Shown one piece after another: positions 36,981 to 50,772 of a stretch of DNA of 64,000 nucleotides. Source of the stretch: Takakia lepidozioides (lineage: Eukaryota > Plantae > Bryophyta). Numbering within the stretch: the first letter of the stretch is position 1; every line of letters begins with the position of its first letter. Location of the stretch: contig CM060731.1 of the NCBI GenBank assembly GCA_030704615.1, positions 47,554,001 to 47,618,000 on the forward strand. Direction: 5' to 3'. The position numbers and the translations under genes were made by a program. The notes under the pieces are model-generated. The model saw only the letters and a list, made by a program, of their open reading frames with translations. It searched no databases and had not been told where the DNA came from.

Positions 36981-38603
36981 ATGGAGTTCACGACAGTCGA
37001 GGCGAATGGGATTTCATTGTCTGTAAGAATCTTCAGACCTAACGTGAGCATTGCTCCGAAGAGATTGACGCTGGTGTTAGTGCATCAGTACTCAGTGCTG
37101 GGGGGAAGTCAGGGGCTGCTGAAGGGCATGGCAAACCAGCTTGCTGCCAAGGGGTACGTCACCATCACGTTTGACATGCGTGGAGCAGGGCGGTCTACAG
37201 GGAGGCCGTCTCTAACAGGATTGGCTGAAGTGCAGGATGTGATTGCTGTGTGTCAGTGGGCGGCTGAACAGATTCCTACATCCTCCATTCTTCTTGTCGG
37301 TTCATCTGCGGGTTAGCTCTTCCCAACCCCTTTTGTCTCTCTCTCTCTCCCCCTCCCTCTGTGTGTCCAAAACACAGGCTACGGAAGACAAAGTCTTATG
37401 AGTACATTCTGTGTCAAAAACAGTCCAGGAGAAGGGTGCGGGGAATATGGAGGCTACTTTTGTTAAGGACGTCTTTTCGCTCGAACCCTTCTTTGGTCTC
37501 AATTCTGGTGCAAATACTTGTATCAAAATCTTTCTAGAGTCAATCTGGAAGGCCTTATCAGCCTTCATATAGTGGAGCGAGCCTTGCTAAACTCTAATGA
37601 TCCCGTTCTGCTCTCCTTCCATCCGCCTCCCTCCCCTCCCTCCATACCTGGCTAGGGGATCTCTGACTACGTTCTTTCTCTCTCTCTCTATTTGAAAAGG
37701 GAGTCCTAGTCCTATCCCACCTCTTTGCTACCCAGATGGCTATCCTTTTCTTGCCTAGCGTGGCGCCTCAAACATGTCTCACCTGTGCCCTTATACAGAC
37801 TTCACAATGCTGGTGTCGATGTTATGCACTCTCTATGTGTGTTGACACCTGCCCTCTCAGATTTTGGTCAGCTGTGATGAGCACTAGTTATGGCCATAGC
37901 ATGCTAAGTTCCGTACCGCAGGGTTACTAACCGGTGTCTCTGAAGGGTATGCCATGACAACCTTAGCAGGGAAGGGTCAATAAATAGGTTTGAGCCTGGA
38001 ATGAATTAATTTAGTTAAGTGATTCACCCAGTAGATGCTGTCAATGTCTCTCTTCTCTCCTGCCATGCCGTTCTTCCTGTCTGTTTTGTGTGTCTTTCCT
38101 CTCTTTGTCCGTTAATTTTATCTGCTTCTTGCCCTTTTCTCAAATGTCTCTGGTTCATGCACATATTGACTTCCATGTAAACTTCTATATAGCTTCTTTT
38201 GTCAGATGGGCAGATGTTCTCTCCCTGAGAATATCGAAGTAACACTGAGTGCTGTCTGTTTCCAGGGGCACCAATTTCAGGGGCTGCGATTGATGAAGTG
38301 AAGGAAGTGGTAGGTTATGTGGGCCTTGGCTACCCCTTCGGTATGTTAGCATCCATCCTCTTCGGCAGACACAACAAAGCGTGTCTACTGTCTGAAAAAC
38401 CCAAATTATTTGTGATGGGAACCAGTGATGGGTTCACAAGTGTGAAGCAATTAGAGAACAAGCTAAAGACAGCAGCAGGGCGTGTTGAGACAAGGTTGGT
38501 CCCAGGCGCTGGCCATTTCCAAATGGAAGGTCCGCAGTATGATGGACAAATGGTGGATTTTGTCACAGAGTTTGCAGAGAGCTTACTTGCGGCCGGGAAT
38601 TGA
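36981..38603 (+). CDS. Alpha/beta-hydrolase superfamily protein; exons 36981-37311 and 38266-38603
   Basis: VHQYSVLGG, FDMRGAGRSTG, nucleophile GSSAG spanning the GT-AG intron, MGTSDGFT (Asp) and GAGHF (His). The spliced frame is intact. Confidence 0.93.
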
Positions 38604-41600
38604 TTGAAAACCAATGATGCAGTAACTTATCGTCATAAAAGAACCCAGTAAGTGAAGAGATTGTCTTTCATTAGACACAGGCTTGCCTGTGCTTGAGGGT
38701 CCCGGAACCCATGGTCACCGTCGCGGAGCCCATCCTGGTCACATGAGGGGCACATTTATGAAGTGGAGTGGGGGCAGAAGTGGTGTGCGATGACGCACAC
38801 AATTTTAGAGGCTCGTAAACCAAACCCGATGAAAAAACTCTTAGTTGAGTGTATGCATTATGAAAGTAAATATATCTGATGGGGAGCTGTGATAAGAAGT
38901 ATGAATACAATACAGCTGGAGCCATTCCATGAAAAATCCGCCTGTTCATCTTGCGCATTCATTATATTGGGAATCATGTACAGAGGAGAAAAACTTATTG
39001 GGGCACCCAGTATAGCCATCATGGCAATAAATGTCTAATTGACAAATTTGCCCAGAAGGTTGTGTACTCTTTTAGCCTCAACCCCTAGCCTATCAAACTT
39101 TGGAAGCACCTCTGGATGCGCTTTACTCAAACTACTTTTTGACAGAACAAGATGAAAAACTTGATAGACCTAGCTGGAGTATCCTGAGGGCTTCATTTGG
39201 AAAAAAGAAAAAAATGGTCTTTTAGGAGAACTTGTGGTCAGAGTGGGAATGGTGGAAGTTCTTGAAATAGCACAATAATACAATAGGGCGACATAGTAAC
39301 TTGAGACTTCTTCTGGCACCAAAAATAGAAACTTTGTTTATTGTAAGAGTTGAACTAGGGAGGTGGTTCTACTAGTAATTGAGACATGAATTGGGTAAGG
39401 CATGTACAGGAGAGATCATAATTGGCACTACTGTGTGGTCTCCTGAGGGAGAACCCAGAAAAAACCGGATCACTCCAAAGGCGTCCCAATTAGATGTGGT
39501 TGTACATAGATCTTGAGATTTGTGGATTATTTCATGTCTGTATATTCCATGGACACATTGAGAGAGTGAACTGCTCCAGTTTTCCTATCCCGTAACAGAA
39601 GGGCTCTGAGCTTTCAGGGAAGCTTTCAGGGGTCTTTGCTTCCGCGCTACTGAAACCCTGCAAGTCTGCCTCCAAGACCAATTTCGTCTCTCCCATAATC
39701 TACCACTGGCCTGTGATGATTGGGAGGTATGAATCCACTTTTTGGGTTAGGAAGGTGGGAGTCTCTGAACCACATCCACTGCAATTCAAGACCTAACAGG
39801 CATTTCCAACAGGAAGGCAGTGAATGTGAACTTCGCCCTCACATCAGTTTGCAATTCCTCGTAGACACAAGGAGCAGCACTAGGGCTTGGATGACTGACT
39901 GTGTGGGTTTAGCAAATTGCAGGGTCCTGCAATAGGGTTCTCACTAATGACTTGAAGGATTAAGTTTTTGCAGCATAATAATCTATTATGACGATGTTCA
40001 ACCCCAGCAAGCTTCGGAATAGAGGGAATCATAAAACTCCGCTGGTTCCATTCGTGGACAACAAATTCCCTTTGATCCAAAGCACTGATAGAACAATTTA
40101 CAAATGCTTCATCTGCATTAAACTCTTACATGCTAATATGAGAACAAAGATACTAACAATGTGCAAATCATTGGATGGCAGTGTTGCCCTTCTCCATCTC
40201 TGTATGCGAACTCACTGCTGGAAAACCGTCCTGTTCTTGTAGCCTCCATCTGCATGTCCTTTCCATCAGTCCTCTGCTACTGATGAACGTCCCTTCACAC
40301 GGACTGAAGAGAGGCCCATAGACTTCCACCCTCAACCATTGGAATTAGCAAAACCAAGCACAGCTTGTCGGCCACCAAAGGGTCACAGATGAATCCCCCC
40401 GTCCAAGGACTTCATACTTGAGTATGATATAGGTGCACTGAAGCCCTTACATAACTTTCAAAGAAATTCAATGTATCTGTAGCTACCTTTCAGGCCCCAC
40501 ATTGATCAATCATCCTGTAAGATAAAGTGCTCAATATGTCACATGTGGTGTGTAAAGAAGCAACCTTGAAAATGGAGGATGAGACATCTCTGTATACAAC
40601 TGAGCATCATTCATAAAATCACCACAAGCTTCACTGCGTTCTGCAGTTCCTCAGAAAATAAGGTTAGACCTAATCCTCCATTCTCAACTGCCAAGTCATG
40701 TCAGATACAGTGAACCATTTTTCTGATACCTCCAGACCAGGCTCCAAGCTTATCGCAACTAAAGCTCCAAAATACTAAGTCTAATGAGCACACCCAGAGA
40801 TAAGAGTAGCATACTTGAGTTCCCTCGTGCCATCCTCTCTTCTGTCTACAATGTACAGCGACGTTGTAAAGGCTTTAACAATTGGGTTGCTTTTACTAAA
40901 AGCACAATGCACCTTACTTCTGGAAGTAATAAGCTGGGCTGTCCATATTCTTCAAAAACCACTCCTTACTCTACCAAGAGAAATGTGGTTGTGTGGAGAG
41001 CCCCTAAAAACATGGTAGACATCCTTAAAAGAAAAAATTCAAGTAAACATCTGACAGGAGGAGGAAAGAAGCATTCTCGTAAGCCAACCCCACTTCACAA
41101 AGGTGATGCACATAATACCATGGATCCAAGAGATGGACACCGTGCACCCAAATCAATGCGAAATGACACAATTTCCCAAAAACAACCAGCTGTCTTTGAC
41201 CAAACTTTCTCGTCACACCAGCATGTCAAGTCGCCCAACAATCTCCACACCTGTACAGAGTTCTCTAACAGAGAACTAACAAAGGGGAAACTCCAAAAGA
41301 CAGCCTATGTCAAGGGTGCGGCTGAGAGTCTCCAATGTGCATCTTCACTATGTCCCTGATTCCTCCAATAGCGATCTCCTGTAGCACATCTTTCTGTATC
41401 TTCCTCATCCCCTCTACATGCCTCAAGGAAAAGGAGAGACTCTGCAACCCTCTCCTTTTGCTCTTCCTCCTGACAAGAACATAGACATCTTTCTGCATCC
41501 ACCCCCTGTCCTGAAAAGTACCATCCAAATCTATTCCCACAAGGCTGCACTAGGCGTATTCCAAGAAGTAATCTATCTATCTGGCTCCCACTTTCCCACT

Positions 41601-41610
41601 GACAGTCCGG

Positions 41611-44600
41611 TCACTTGCACGCTGTTAACAAGGAATTGACCACATGGATAACTAGCCTCAGGTTTGCAAGATCCCCCACAGCAGTTGTAGCCATTTGTCG
41701 ATGCAAGTTATTAAACAGTTGTTCCAAGAAAGGGCGCATGTGTGGCGCTAACACAGGGTCGTTGGGGTTTAGAGCCAATGCTGTCTCCCGGATCCATGCC
41801 AGTTTGTGTGCTGTGTCCTTGCCAAGATCACAGCCCAGCTGCTGCACTAGTGACAAAAGCACACCTTGGCTTAAGGGAAGAGGTACTGTAGAAAATAGTG
41901 GCACAGGGTCCACCTGCCACCAGTAGCAAACAAGAGTTAAGATCGAACCCAAGCCTAAACTTCACCAGACTTCCGAGCCATGAAGCAGCATGCCAGCCGC
42001 AGCCGACCACAGATTTTTAGCAAAAATCAAGGCCCAACTCTTCAACACACCCAGGTCTACAACTAACAAGACCTCTGGAAATTGCTGCAAAGAAACCATT
42101 GACCTGCTGCAAGAAGGTGGGCACTCCCATCAAGTCAGTCACAACTCACAAGGGAATCTTCTCTGAGGTCAGTAAGCAGACCTGATTGCACAGCCAGGAC
42201 ACAACTGCCACGTCACTGAGGGAGAGTGCTTTGTTAAAGGCCTCCTCTAGCTTGTGCTCTCCTAAAAGTCGTGTCAACTCAATGGTTGGGTCCAGGGACT
42301 CCTCCAAGTGTTGCAAAGATAGCACCTGTCAAATGATTGATTCATTTCCTGACAGTACATAGGCATTCTGCAATCTACATGCTTCACCTTACAAGTCATT
42401 CTCCCAGGTATGTGTATGATACAGCCAACTTCTCATATTCATCGACTTTCAAAGTTAATACTCGTTCTGCTTCAGACTTAAATACCAACCTTATCAGGTA
42501 GGCTGCCATTGCCCTGGTTGCCAATCATTGAGCTGCGCACCACATTTTCCCCTGCAGTCTCCACTAGAGCCACCAGCTTCCTCTGGCTATCCGCCAACTC
42601 ACCCTTCAATGAAGCTGCAAGAGATGCTGCTGATGCCACCGTATCCTGCACCACCACATATAAAAGGCCCAGTGCATGAGTACAGCATACACCTTGGTAT
42701 GTTTGATTGTTTCTGAGAAGAATCTATCCTCGTCCATTCTGATGGGGTCCAAATGTTGTCTCCAGGTTTAGAGTATCATTGAGACATCATATGTGCCTAC
42801 AAATATATGAATGTGAAGCCTAGAAGATGCGAGGAATTCAAACTCTGAAGATAGAGATAGACCAGCTGAGAAAGACCAGAGAGGGGAAGGAGGGGTGGAT
42901 GACCTGCAGAGTAGAGGCAAGGGCAGAGTGTGAAGTGGAAAACTGTTGCTGAGCATGTGAGGTGTGCTCAGCCATCCCCCGCTGGAAGGCAGAATCCACT
43001 TGCTCAAACATGGTTCGGCACGTGCGTTCAAATGCTGGGATGACCAAGTTCTCAAAGCCTCCACGCAATGCATCCTGCACCCACCATCACAAGCCTTTAA
43101 CACCTTAAACTGATCAACAATTTGACATTCTAAAAGGATGTCATCAAGACAAGAACTACTCGTAAGATCAGGCTGTATCACATTACAGAAATCACGATTA
43201 CCTGGAGTGCCTGCCTACCGACTGTCTGAAACTGGACTTGTAGCTGCCGGGTCACCATTGCCTCCAGCTTAGCTCCCAACGTTTTCTCCAATTGGGGTAA
43301 CACTTTCTCTGTGATGCCCTTCTGTGCAACACGCCCACCCACCCACCCACACCTGCTATTAGTTTGCATTGCCGAGATGTTGAACTGTTTACCTCAACCC
43401 AAGGTTCTACTCAGCGTAGATGGTGGCAAGTGACTTATGATAGGGCTAGTGGATAGAACAAACAGAAAGACACAATCGTCCGCCATACACGAAGGTGTGA
43501 GTTTCAAAGATAATCATCATAAGACATTCTCTGCCATTTGCTCTGGCATACCAGAGAGAATCAAATTTTCTCATGACGTTTGATCTGGCGGGGTGCCCAT
43601 TTCCTCCTGGAAAAAGAAAAAGAAGAGATACACATGGATGCACACTAAAAAAGACAAATGGATAGACAAAAAGCCTCGAAACAGCTTGATAACTACCTGG
43701 AATGCTTCAGTAACAGTTGCCAAGATTGCTTTCTGAAGAGGGGGCAGAACTGCCTGAGCAACAGCAGGGCCAATGGCCACAAACTCCTTCCTGAACCCAC
43801 GCTCCAGGGCAGTGGGTATATCCTTGCTCATGAAATTGGTCAGGAGTGTAGTGACCTGTTGCACTCTTTCACGCTCCATCTTGTCTCTCTTTGCGTTCTC
43901 CTCCGCCAGCCGTGCCCACATTGCATCCACATGAGCTTTGAGAACTTTTTCCATTCTCTGGCCCAGTGCACCTTCAAAGTAGTCAAACAAGAATTATGAT
44001 ACAAGACAAGATCATCATAACTGATTATGGACAACCAAATATGACATGTTCAGGAGTGTTAACGAGTAGTTTTCAAAGAAGCATCTAGTCCCCACCCACT
44101 AACTCAAGGCGAATGTCATGTCACACAAAGCCCAGCCTTCAGTGCGAAATTCCTACCTTAGCAACGAGTCAAGTTCCTTCAGTCATTTAATTTTACAGAA
44201 GGATAGCTCAAAACAACACCAGGTACAGTATCCATAGGATTGAAGCATACTTTCCATCCGTTTGCCCTCCTTAGCAACTGGCACTGCCACCATCACAGTC
44301 ATCTGCTTTTGCAATTCCTTCTGCATTGTAACCAACTGAAGCCACCCAATCCAACCACAATCAAATGTGGACTTAAAAGTCATTTTTCAACAGATTAACG
44401 CTTCAATAAACCCTTGATGACCTTTACTATCAGGGCACTAAATTGCTACTTCATCTTCCTTCATACCAGCTACCTACAACCTAAACCAGAAAATCCAAAC
44501 ATACAAACTACACAGTAGTATGAAAAGTGGGAGTAAAACCTTTAGCCTCATCCATTGATACAATAGGAGGCTCCACCAAGTGAGATTCCAGGACAACACT

Positions 44601-47600
44601 GGATGACTCCAGCTATTGAAGCCAGAAAGAGGTTTTTGAGAAAATGCACACGAGTACATTGTTTGCCAGCCTTGTGGCCATAGATCCTGCACACAGTTTT
44701 GGAGGAACAAGAGGGAACAGACACTAACTTTGGGAGGGCTCACTCCAGTAGTGGGACATCCCTTGGACTAAATAATTGGTTGGGGCTTTCCAGATTTCCT
44801 CTAGAAAGCCCTACACACAAGCATCAATCTGCTGTGTGTGAGCTGCCGAGCAATTAGACCTCAACAGGGCCAGGGCTTTAGGCTCAGCCTTGCGATTTTG
44901 AGAGTTGGTAAACAGAGGTGCAGAGCTTATGTTCTTGATGGTCCTGAAGAGGGTCGCGCTCTGATGAGAATGACCTGGACATCGTATCAGAAATATTGCC
45001 TTTGGGCCGCCCACACATCTGGCATTGACAATCTCCCTTTCCTCTCGACATCTGTTATTTGTTCAAAGGGTAGACTCCCCACCCTGATTTTACATTTCAG
45101 TCTAGTGCGGAGGGTAGGTAGGCCCTTCATATCATCCTTCAGGTCCTCATCCATGTTAAACTGGAAACAAGTTCAGGGAAGTTTTATGCATATTTTTGTT
45201 GTTAGAGAGGGGGAGAGAGCTGCAAACCTGGTTCAGTGCCTCCTGCATTGAAGTCACCTGCTCAGCCAAACCAGAGTCCCTGGGAGCCACATTCACACCA
45301 GAGGAAGTCTCCCCGTCTCGTGTCACCGCCGTGGCAGGGGCTGGACTGACTGGCATCTGTACCGGAGAGGGCAGTGGCACAGTCCCTGCCCCAACCCCAC
45401 CACTGTTGGTCTTATTTTTATTCTTCTTGCCTCTTATGACTGCCGATGCCAGAGGAGGAGCACTGGGGGTACCCCCACCTAATTCCTCAAGCTTTGAAGA
45501 GATATCCCTCAGCTGATCTTGCACATCATCCAGTGGCACACTCAGGGGCCGCTCCCTCTCTTCTAGGATTCCTCCCTGTTCCGCATGCTGGATGTCCTCA
45601 CTTATGCTAACTTCTGGAAGTGTAGGCACACTTTCGTTGTGAGATACTGACTGTTTGTCCGTGCCCTCAGTATTAGCACCAAGTAAAAGGGACTCAATAG
45701 GTTCCAACAGAGAAGAAACCAAACCATTCTCTGCAGCAGCTTCCATGTCAATATTCAGAGTCTCTGATTGGACAATTTCTTTCTCTGTGACAACTGTCAG
45801 ATCAGTGGTTTTCATACTCTCTACATCTGGGCCTGGTCTTGCAACTTCTGGCCATTCATCTGCAATGATGGGGTCCTGGGCAGCACTGGGGGGGATACCA
45901 TCCACTTCAGATGCCCTGGAGCGAGCTGCAAGGGACATAAGCTCTGAAGGGCTTATCAAGCGGGGAGCACGTGTACCACTGTGTTGTTGTGTAGAGTTCG
46001 GACTGGTGGCCCCTAAAGACCCTTCCCTCTCCTCTCTCTCAAGCTTGTCCTCTCCCAGAGAGTTGATGATGGAGGATGAGTGCATGGTTTCACCAGTAAC
46101 CACTTCAGTAGGTCCTGCAGCTGACACAGCAGCTTGCCTGCTCTCCACAGCCTCCTCTGATTTCTCAGGCTTTTCCCTGGCAAGCCCAACAGACACTGGA
46201 ACATATTGCAGGTCAGAAGGTTTTGCTGGGCTCCTTGATCGCGATCGTCTCTTGGAAGGTGGTGTGGGAGGCTTTGCGACATTTGTCGCTGATGGTAACT
46301 CCGGGGCAACCTGCAGCCTAGTAACAGGTTGACTGACAGGGACAGTCGCCGGTTGAGTTACACGTTCACTTGCTGCTGGAGAGGCTTGAGATGACTGCTT
46401 ACCTCCACCATCTGGTACTGCAGTAGTCAATTTGGTAGCTTCAGTTACTTTCGTCGACTCTGCTGTAATCTGTGTTACGCTTCGATGGCCCACATCTACT
46501 GGGCTTCCAAATCCTTGGGCAAGGCTGGCCGGACGAGGTGGAACACTCACACTCGGACCCACTGACGATAAACTACTTACTCCAGTTACCATCGTATTCA
46601 CTATGGTCTTGTAACTCACATTCGTCTTTTCAACAGGCGTAAATGCAGACTGCATGGGGGTAGCAAGTGCCTGTGACCCTGTCAAGCCTTTCTCAAGATT
46701 AGAGGGAGCTTCTGAGATTGATTCTTCAATGGGGGGAGGCAAGCACTGTGACATATCCAGTGCGTACTGCTGGATAGCTTGTGTTTGAACACAGTATAGT
46801 TGCACAGTGCCTTCACCACCTTCAGTTACTGTCTCCTCTGTGGCAGTGAGGCTAAGAATTGGCATTGTCACAGAAAATTCAGCCAAATAATCCATTCGGG
46901 CAGCAGCCAGGTTGGGTCCAAACTCTACATGTATTGCATAGATTGCATTTCTCTTAGCATTTGCCAACAAGATAAGGCTTGCCCGGGAGGCTACAACCAC
47001 CTGGTTAAAAAATGCAGTTTCTAGCTTGCCTTCAGCAGCAGAGCTCTGAAACTCCAGGGTTTGGATGCATTGCCAAATTCCAGAGCCAGATTTTAAAGGT
47101 GAATCTTCTGTGCTGCTTGGCGCCCAAAGCTTCAGCTCCCGATTCAGGGGACCCTGCAGCGAAAATTAGCCAGACCACTTCCAATTTAGACAAGCCCTTT
47201 TTTAAGCATATTAATGTCAGAAGATTGGCGCTGTCAGTTTGTGGAGACAGTGCAATGACTTGGCCAAATATCATTGGTCTTGGGTAATTAAGATGGGCGC
47301 TGTCGGTTTGTGGAGAAAGTGCAATGACTTGGCCAAATATCTAATTTGTTCTAATCAGGTACTTGCAACCTACAATGAGAGAACAGAAAGTCAGTAAAAA
47401 ATAATGGAAGTAGCGAGATAAAGTTTAGTTACCGCAGTGAGTAGGAAATGACGATCAGGGCTACGGGGCGCAGATAAAAAGGCCACCGCACCTACACTCT
47501 CTCCTCCATGCGGAACAACAACTGACAAAGGGCTAGTCTTCTTGTCTCCCCATATCCGGACCTGTTTGACAGAATCACCATCCATGTCACAAATGCAGTT

Positions 47601-50600
47601 AACGTCACATCATACCAGTTCTGGACTCCATAAACTTCAAAAGTAGACCCCAAAGTGCATGCTTCATCCAATAATGAACCTAAGGTCCTCCGACCCACTG
47701 ATTTGCAATCACAATCTTCCCACTGGTCATTATCAAATGAGACACATCATCGGTTTAAGTGTCATCATAACTAAATGCATCTACCATGCCAGTCTAACAT
47801 CTCATTTGATAGACAAATGGAAATTTTAAATTTGCATGTACATGGAAAAGCTAGTACGTAATATGAAGCTCAAATAATTCAAATGGGTGGATTCACCCAG
47901 GCATTTCCAATACAGTTCAAAAACTGATCAAGCAGTGCGTTTGCCATATATCGTATAGGGCACCCGAAACATCCTCACCTAGTTTCCAAAGCTAAGAGTG
48001 CCTGTCCTAGGCTAAATAAAGGAACATGCCCTGAAGCTTCCACATTCCATTCAAAGGTAAATGTAGACACCATAGGTAGAAAATGACACACCCATTCGAC
48101 GCACATTGGGCAACAAGCCTAACGTGTTTAAGCAGATAAATGTAGACAGATAAGTGTGAAAGAGCAGGGAGGAAAGACAAACCGTTCCATCCTGCGAGGC
48201 TGATGCAAGGCGAGTAGAAACAAAAGGGGGAATTGCTAGGTCATTGACATTCGCATCATGAACCCCCACCACATACACCCCCTCTATTGGACTCTCCACA
48301 CGACACACCAGGGGTTGGTCTCCATTGAAACCCCCCGAGGGAGCCACGAGTCGCACATCTTTAACATCAATAGTCAACACAAACGTCCCAATGGCCACAA
48401 CCAGGAAATCCTGCATGCAAAATATATCCCAAAACTGGTCAACTGGGCCAGAATCCATAAAACACTCTCTCCTCAGCCACACTCCAGAGACTGTGTACCT
48501 CTCACAGTTTTCACCAGTGGAGCTGTCTGCGCATAGACCAAAAATTCTGGAGCCCCTAGTTCTTGAGAGATGCAACCCACAATTCATTACAATCATGCTC
48601 AGAATTTGTTACCCCACATATGGCCTTGTCCCGCAGCATTCTAGCCACGAGCCCCACAGATACCAACTGTCCCCAAGCACACAGACCCACCTACGCAAGC
48701 AGGCCCTGAATGCACAAGTGCCAGAGCAGAGACGTTGAATGGTTTGTGGGCCAAAGTTCACCAAGTGAAAGGCACTGGCAGAGATCTGAGAGTATCTACA
48801 CCAAAGGAATGGTACTCAAACTTGACAACAACAAGTCAGAAAAGAGAAGAAACCTCAGGTCAACCAGGAACTAATCAATTTCAGGGAGGAAGACCTGCAA
48901 ATGAGAATGCCAGCAAAGGCGGGGATGACAAGTCTCCCAATCGCCAACAACTTGCAGGGCCACCACAATCTGCTCTGTAATTTGCACTTTGCCATCATCT
49001 CCATGACCCTCCACTATCTTTCGGATGATAATCCGTCCATCGGTGCTTGCACTGCCATGTACCCAAAAAAGAACAGACTTGCATTAAGTTGAGACAGTGC
49101 TGCAGCTGTGCAGAGAACAGATAAGCAGCTGTATGAATGCAACTATGTGCAATATTCTTATGGGAGTGTAACTGTAAGCCTGTAACCAAGGTCTCAAGCA
49201 GCTGTGTTCTCTAATCAAGCAATGTCTTTAGTAGATTGAGTGATAATAGCACCTAAATGCATCCTGCTAACCCACAGTTAGTGGGAACTTTTGCTTCAAT
49301 CATATGCAGAGAGCATCTCTCACCCAAAGTTTCTTGGATTAAAATCCTGTTGAGAACAGGATGGGAACAATGTTCATACCAAATACTAGAAAGTGCATTC
49401 ACCTTGCCAGTAGATGCACATCCTCCGCAAAAAAAGCCATATCGGTCACCCTCTGTCACAGGATGAATTAATACATCAAAATGCGCACTCCGCAGAGGAG
49501 CAGCAACAAGCAAGAGAATTGCTAGGAATGCTCACCATGCTCCTTGCCCTCTAAAAACACAGCATAGAGTCCAAGCCAAAGAAAGCTGCGTGTGCATGTG
49601 AGTGAGAGACAAAGAAGAAAGAAACTTTACAACATCCATAGGGGGCCCGAGGGCCCATGGGACAAAGTAGAAGAACAACAAATCACTGTCATCAATCCCC
49701 AAAGATCAGAGAAAGAGAGAGAGAGAAAGAAGACACAGACAAAGACAGAGCCACAGAGAAAGAACTTGAGAGCTACAGGGTGCACCTGGGTATGGCCGCG
49801 AAGGAGGGCTCGCAACGCTGTGTTGATGTTGAGGATGCGAATGGTGCCTGCTCGCAGCCCTCGCAACCCATAGCAGATGTATCTTCTGTTCACTGCAATC
49901 TGCCTCCCAACTACTAGCACTGGATCTGATCCATATACTGTGATCGGGCTAACTTCTAACTGTGGTTGTACCTCCCCAGGCTTGCGTACATCTACATCGT
50001 ATACAATATGTTCTCCCCTCAAATGCCGACCCCTTGGGAGCTTGCTACTGGGTAGCCTTCCTGAAGTAGAAGACGGTGCCAGGTTGATTGAAGGGGCAGT
50101 GGGCAATGCTGGGGCTATGGCAGGCGGAGGAACAGAGACCTCTGAGCCACTGACATGAGAAACTTCAGCATGATTCAGGGAAGAAGGAGGCAGCTTGGGG
50201 GAGCTTTGGGGAGATCCTGACCGAGAAGAAAGAGTCCCATCCTCATTTCCATTAACTTCACCTGCAGAATGTGTGGTCAATAGAGCCATAAGGCGAGCCC
50301 CATCCAATGTTGAGGCTGGGCTTGGGCCACTGACTTGTGGTATGGAAGACATAGGGGGAGATGAATGGGGGAGGTTGGTGTGCGGGAGACTGGAGACAAG
50401 AGCCCCTTGGGAGAAGGGTGAAGGTGACTGCTGATTGAAGGGAGGAGACGGATAAGAGGGGGGATGGGGTCCATGCTCCTGAGGATAATGTATGTAAGGG
50501 TGGTACATTGAGGAGGTTGGCGGCTGAGGTGGTGACCTAGGGAACAAGTAAGAGGAGCCTGGTGGAGTGGGAAACGAGTTTGAGTTCGGAGGGAAATTGC

Positions 50601-50772
50601 TTGTTGAAGGGAAGCTGTTAGGGGGGTACTGGGAGTGAGAAGGCTGGTGGTGGAAGGGGTTGGAAGATGGAGGTTGGTACCCACTTGACTGAGGGGGATA
50701 TGGACTTGGAGGCGGCACTGCCTTGAAAAAGTTATGGATATCAAAACCCCCCGAGGGCCCTGTTGCTCCCAT
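41611..50772 (-). CDS. VCS: Enhancer of mRNA decapping 4 / VARICOSE. Exons: 50772-49786, 49452-49403, 49051-48895, 48410-48183, 47561-47433, 47153-45228, 44335-44251, 43971-43697, 43321-43202, 43074-42904, 42645-42490, 42325-42182, 41913-41611
   Basis: Pro-rich N-terminus, then [25 protein letters not shown]40 repeats ([28 protein letters not shown]), a coiled coil and the C-terminal LSQGVLLSL...HVVNSLL. All junctions traced are GT-AG. Confidence 0.96.
44850..45186 (-). mobile_element. Non-LTR retrotransposon 3' fragment in a VCS intron
   Basis: Homologous to 59930-60271; degenerate [13 protein letters not shown]...FLIRCP, a LINE ORF2 C-terminal Cys/His region. Confidence 0.65.

Noticed and set aside
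40784-41359. 191-aa ORF downstream of VCS
   Set aside because: No domain signature; it lies antisense to the probable VCS 3' region.
45196-46614. Plus-strand ORFs of up to 225 aa opposite VCS
   Set aside because: They are antisense shadows of a long low-complexity VCS exon.
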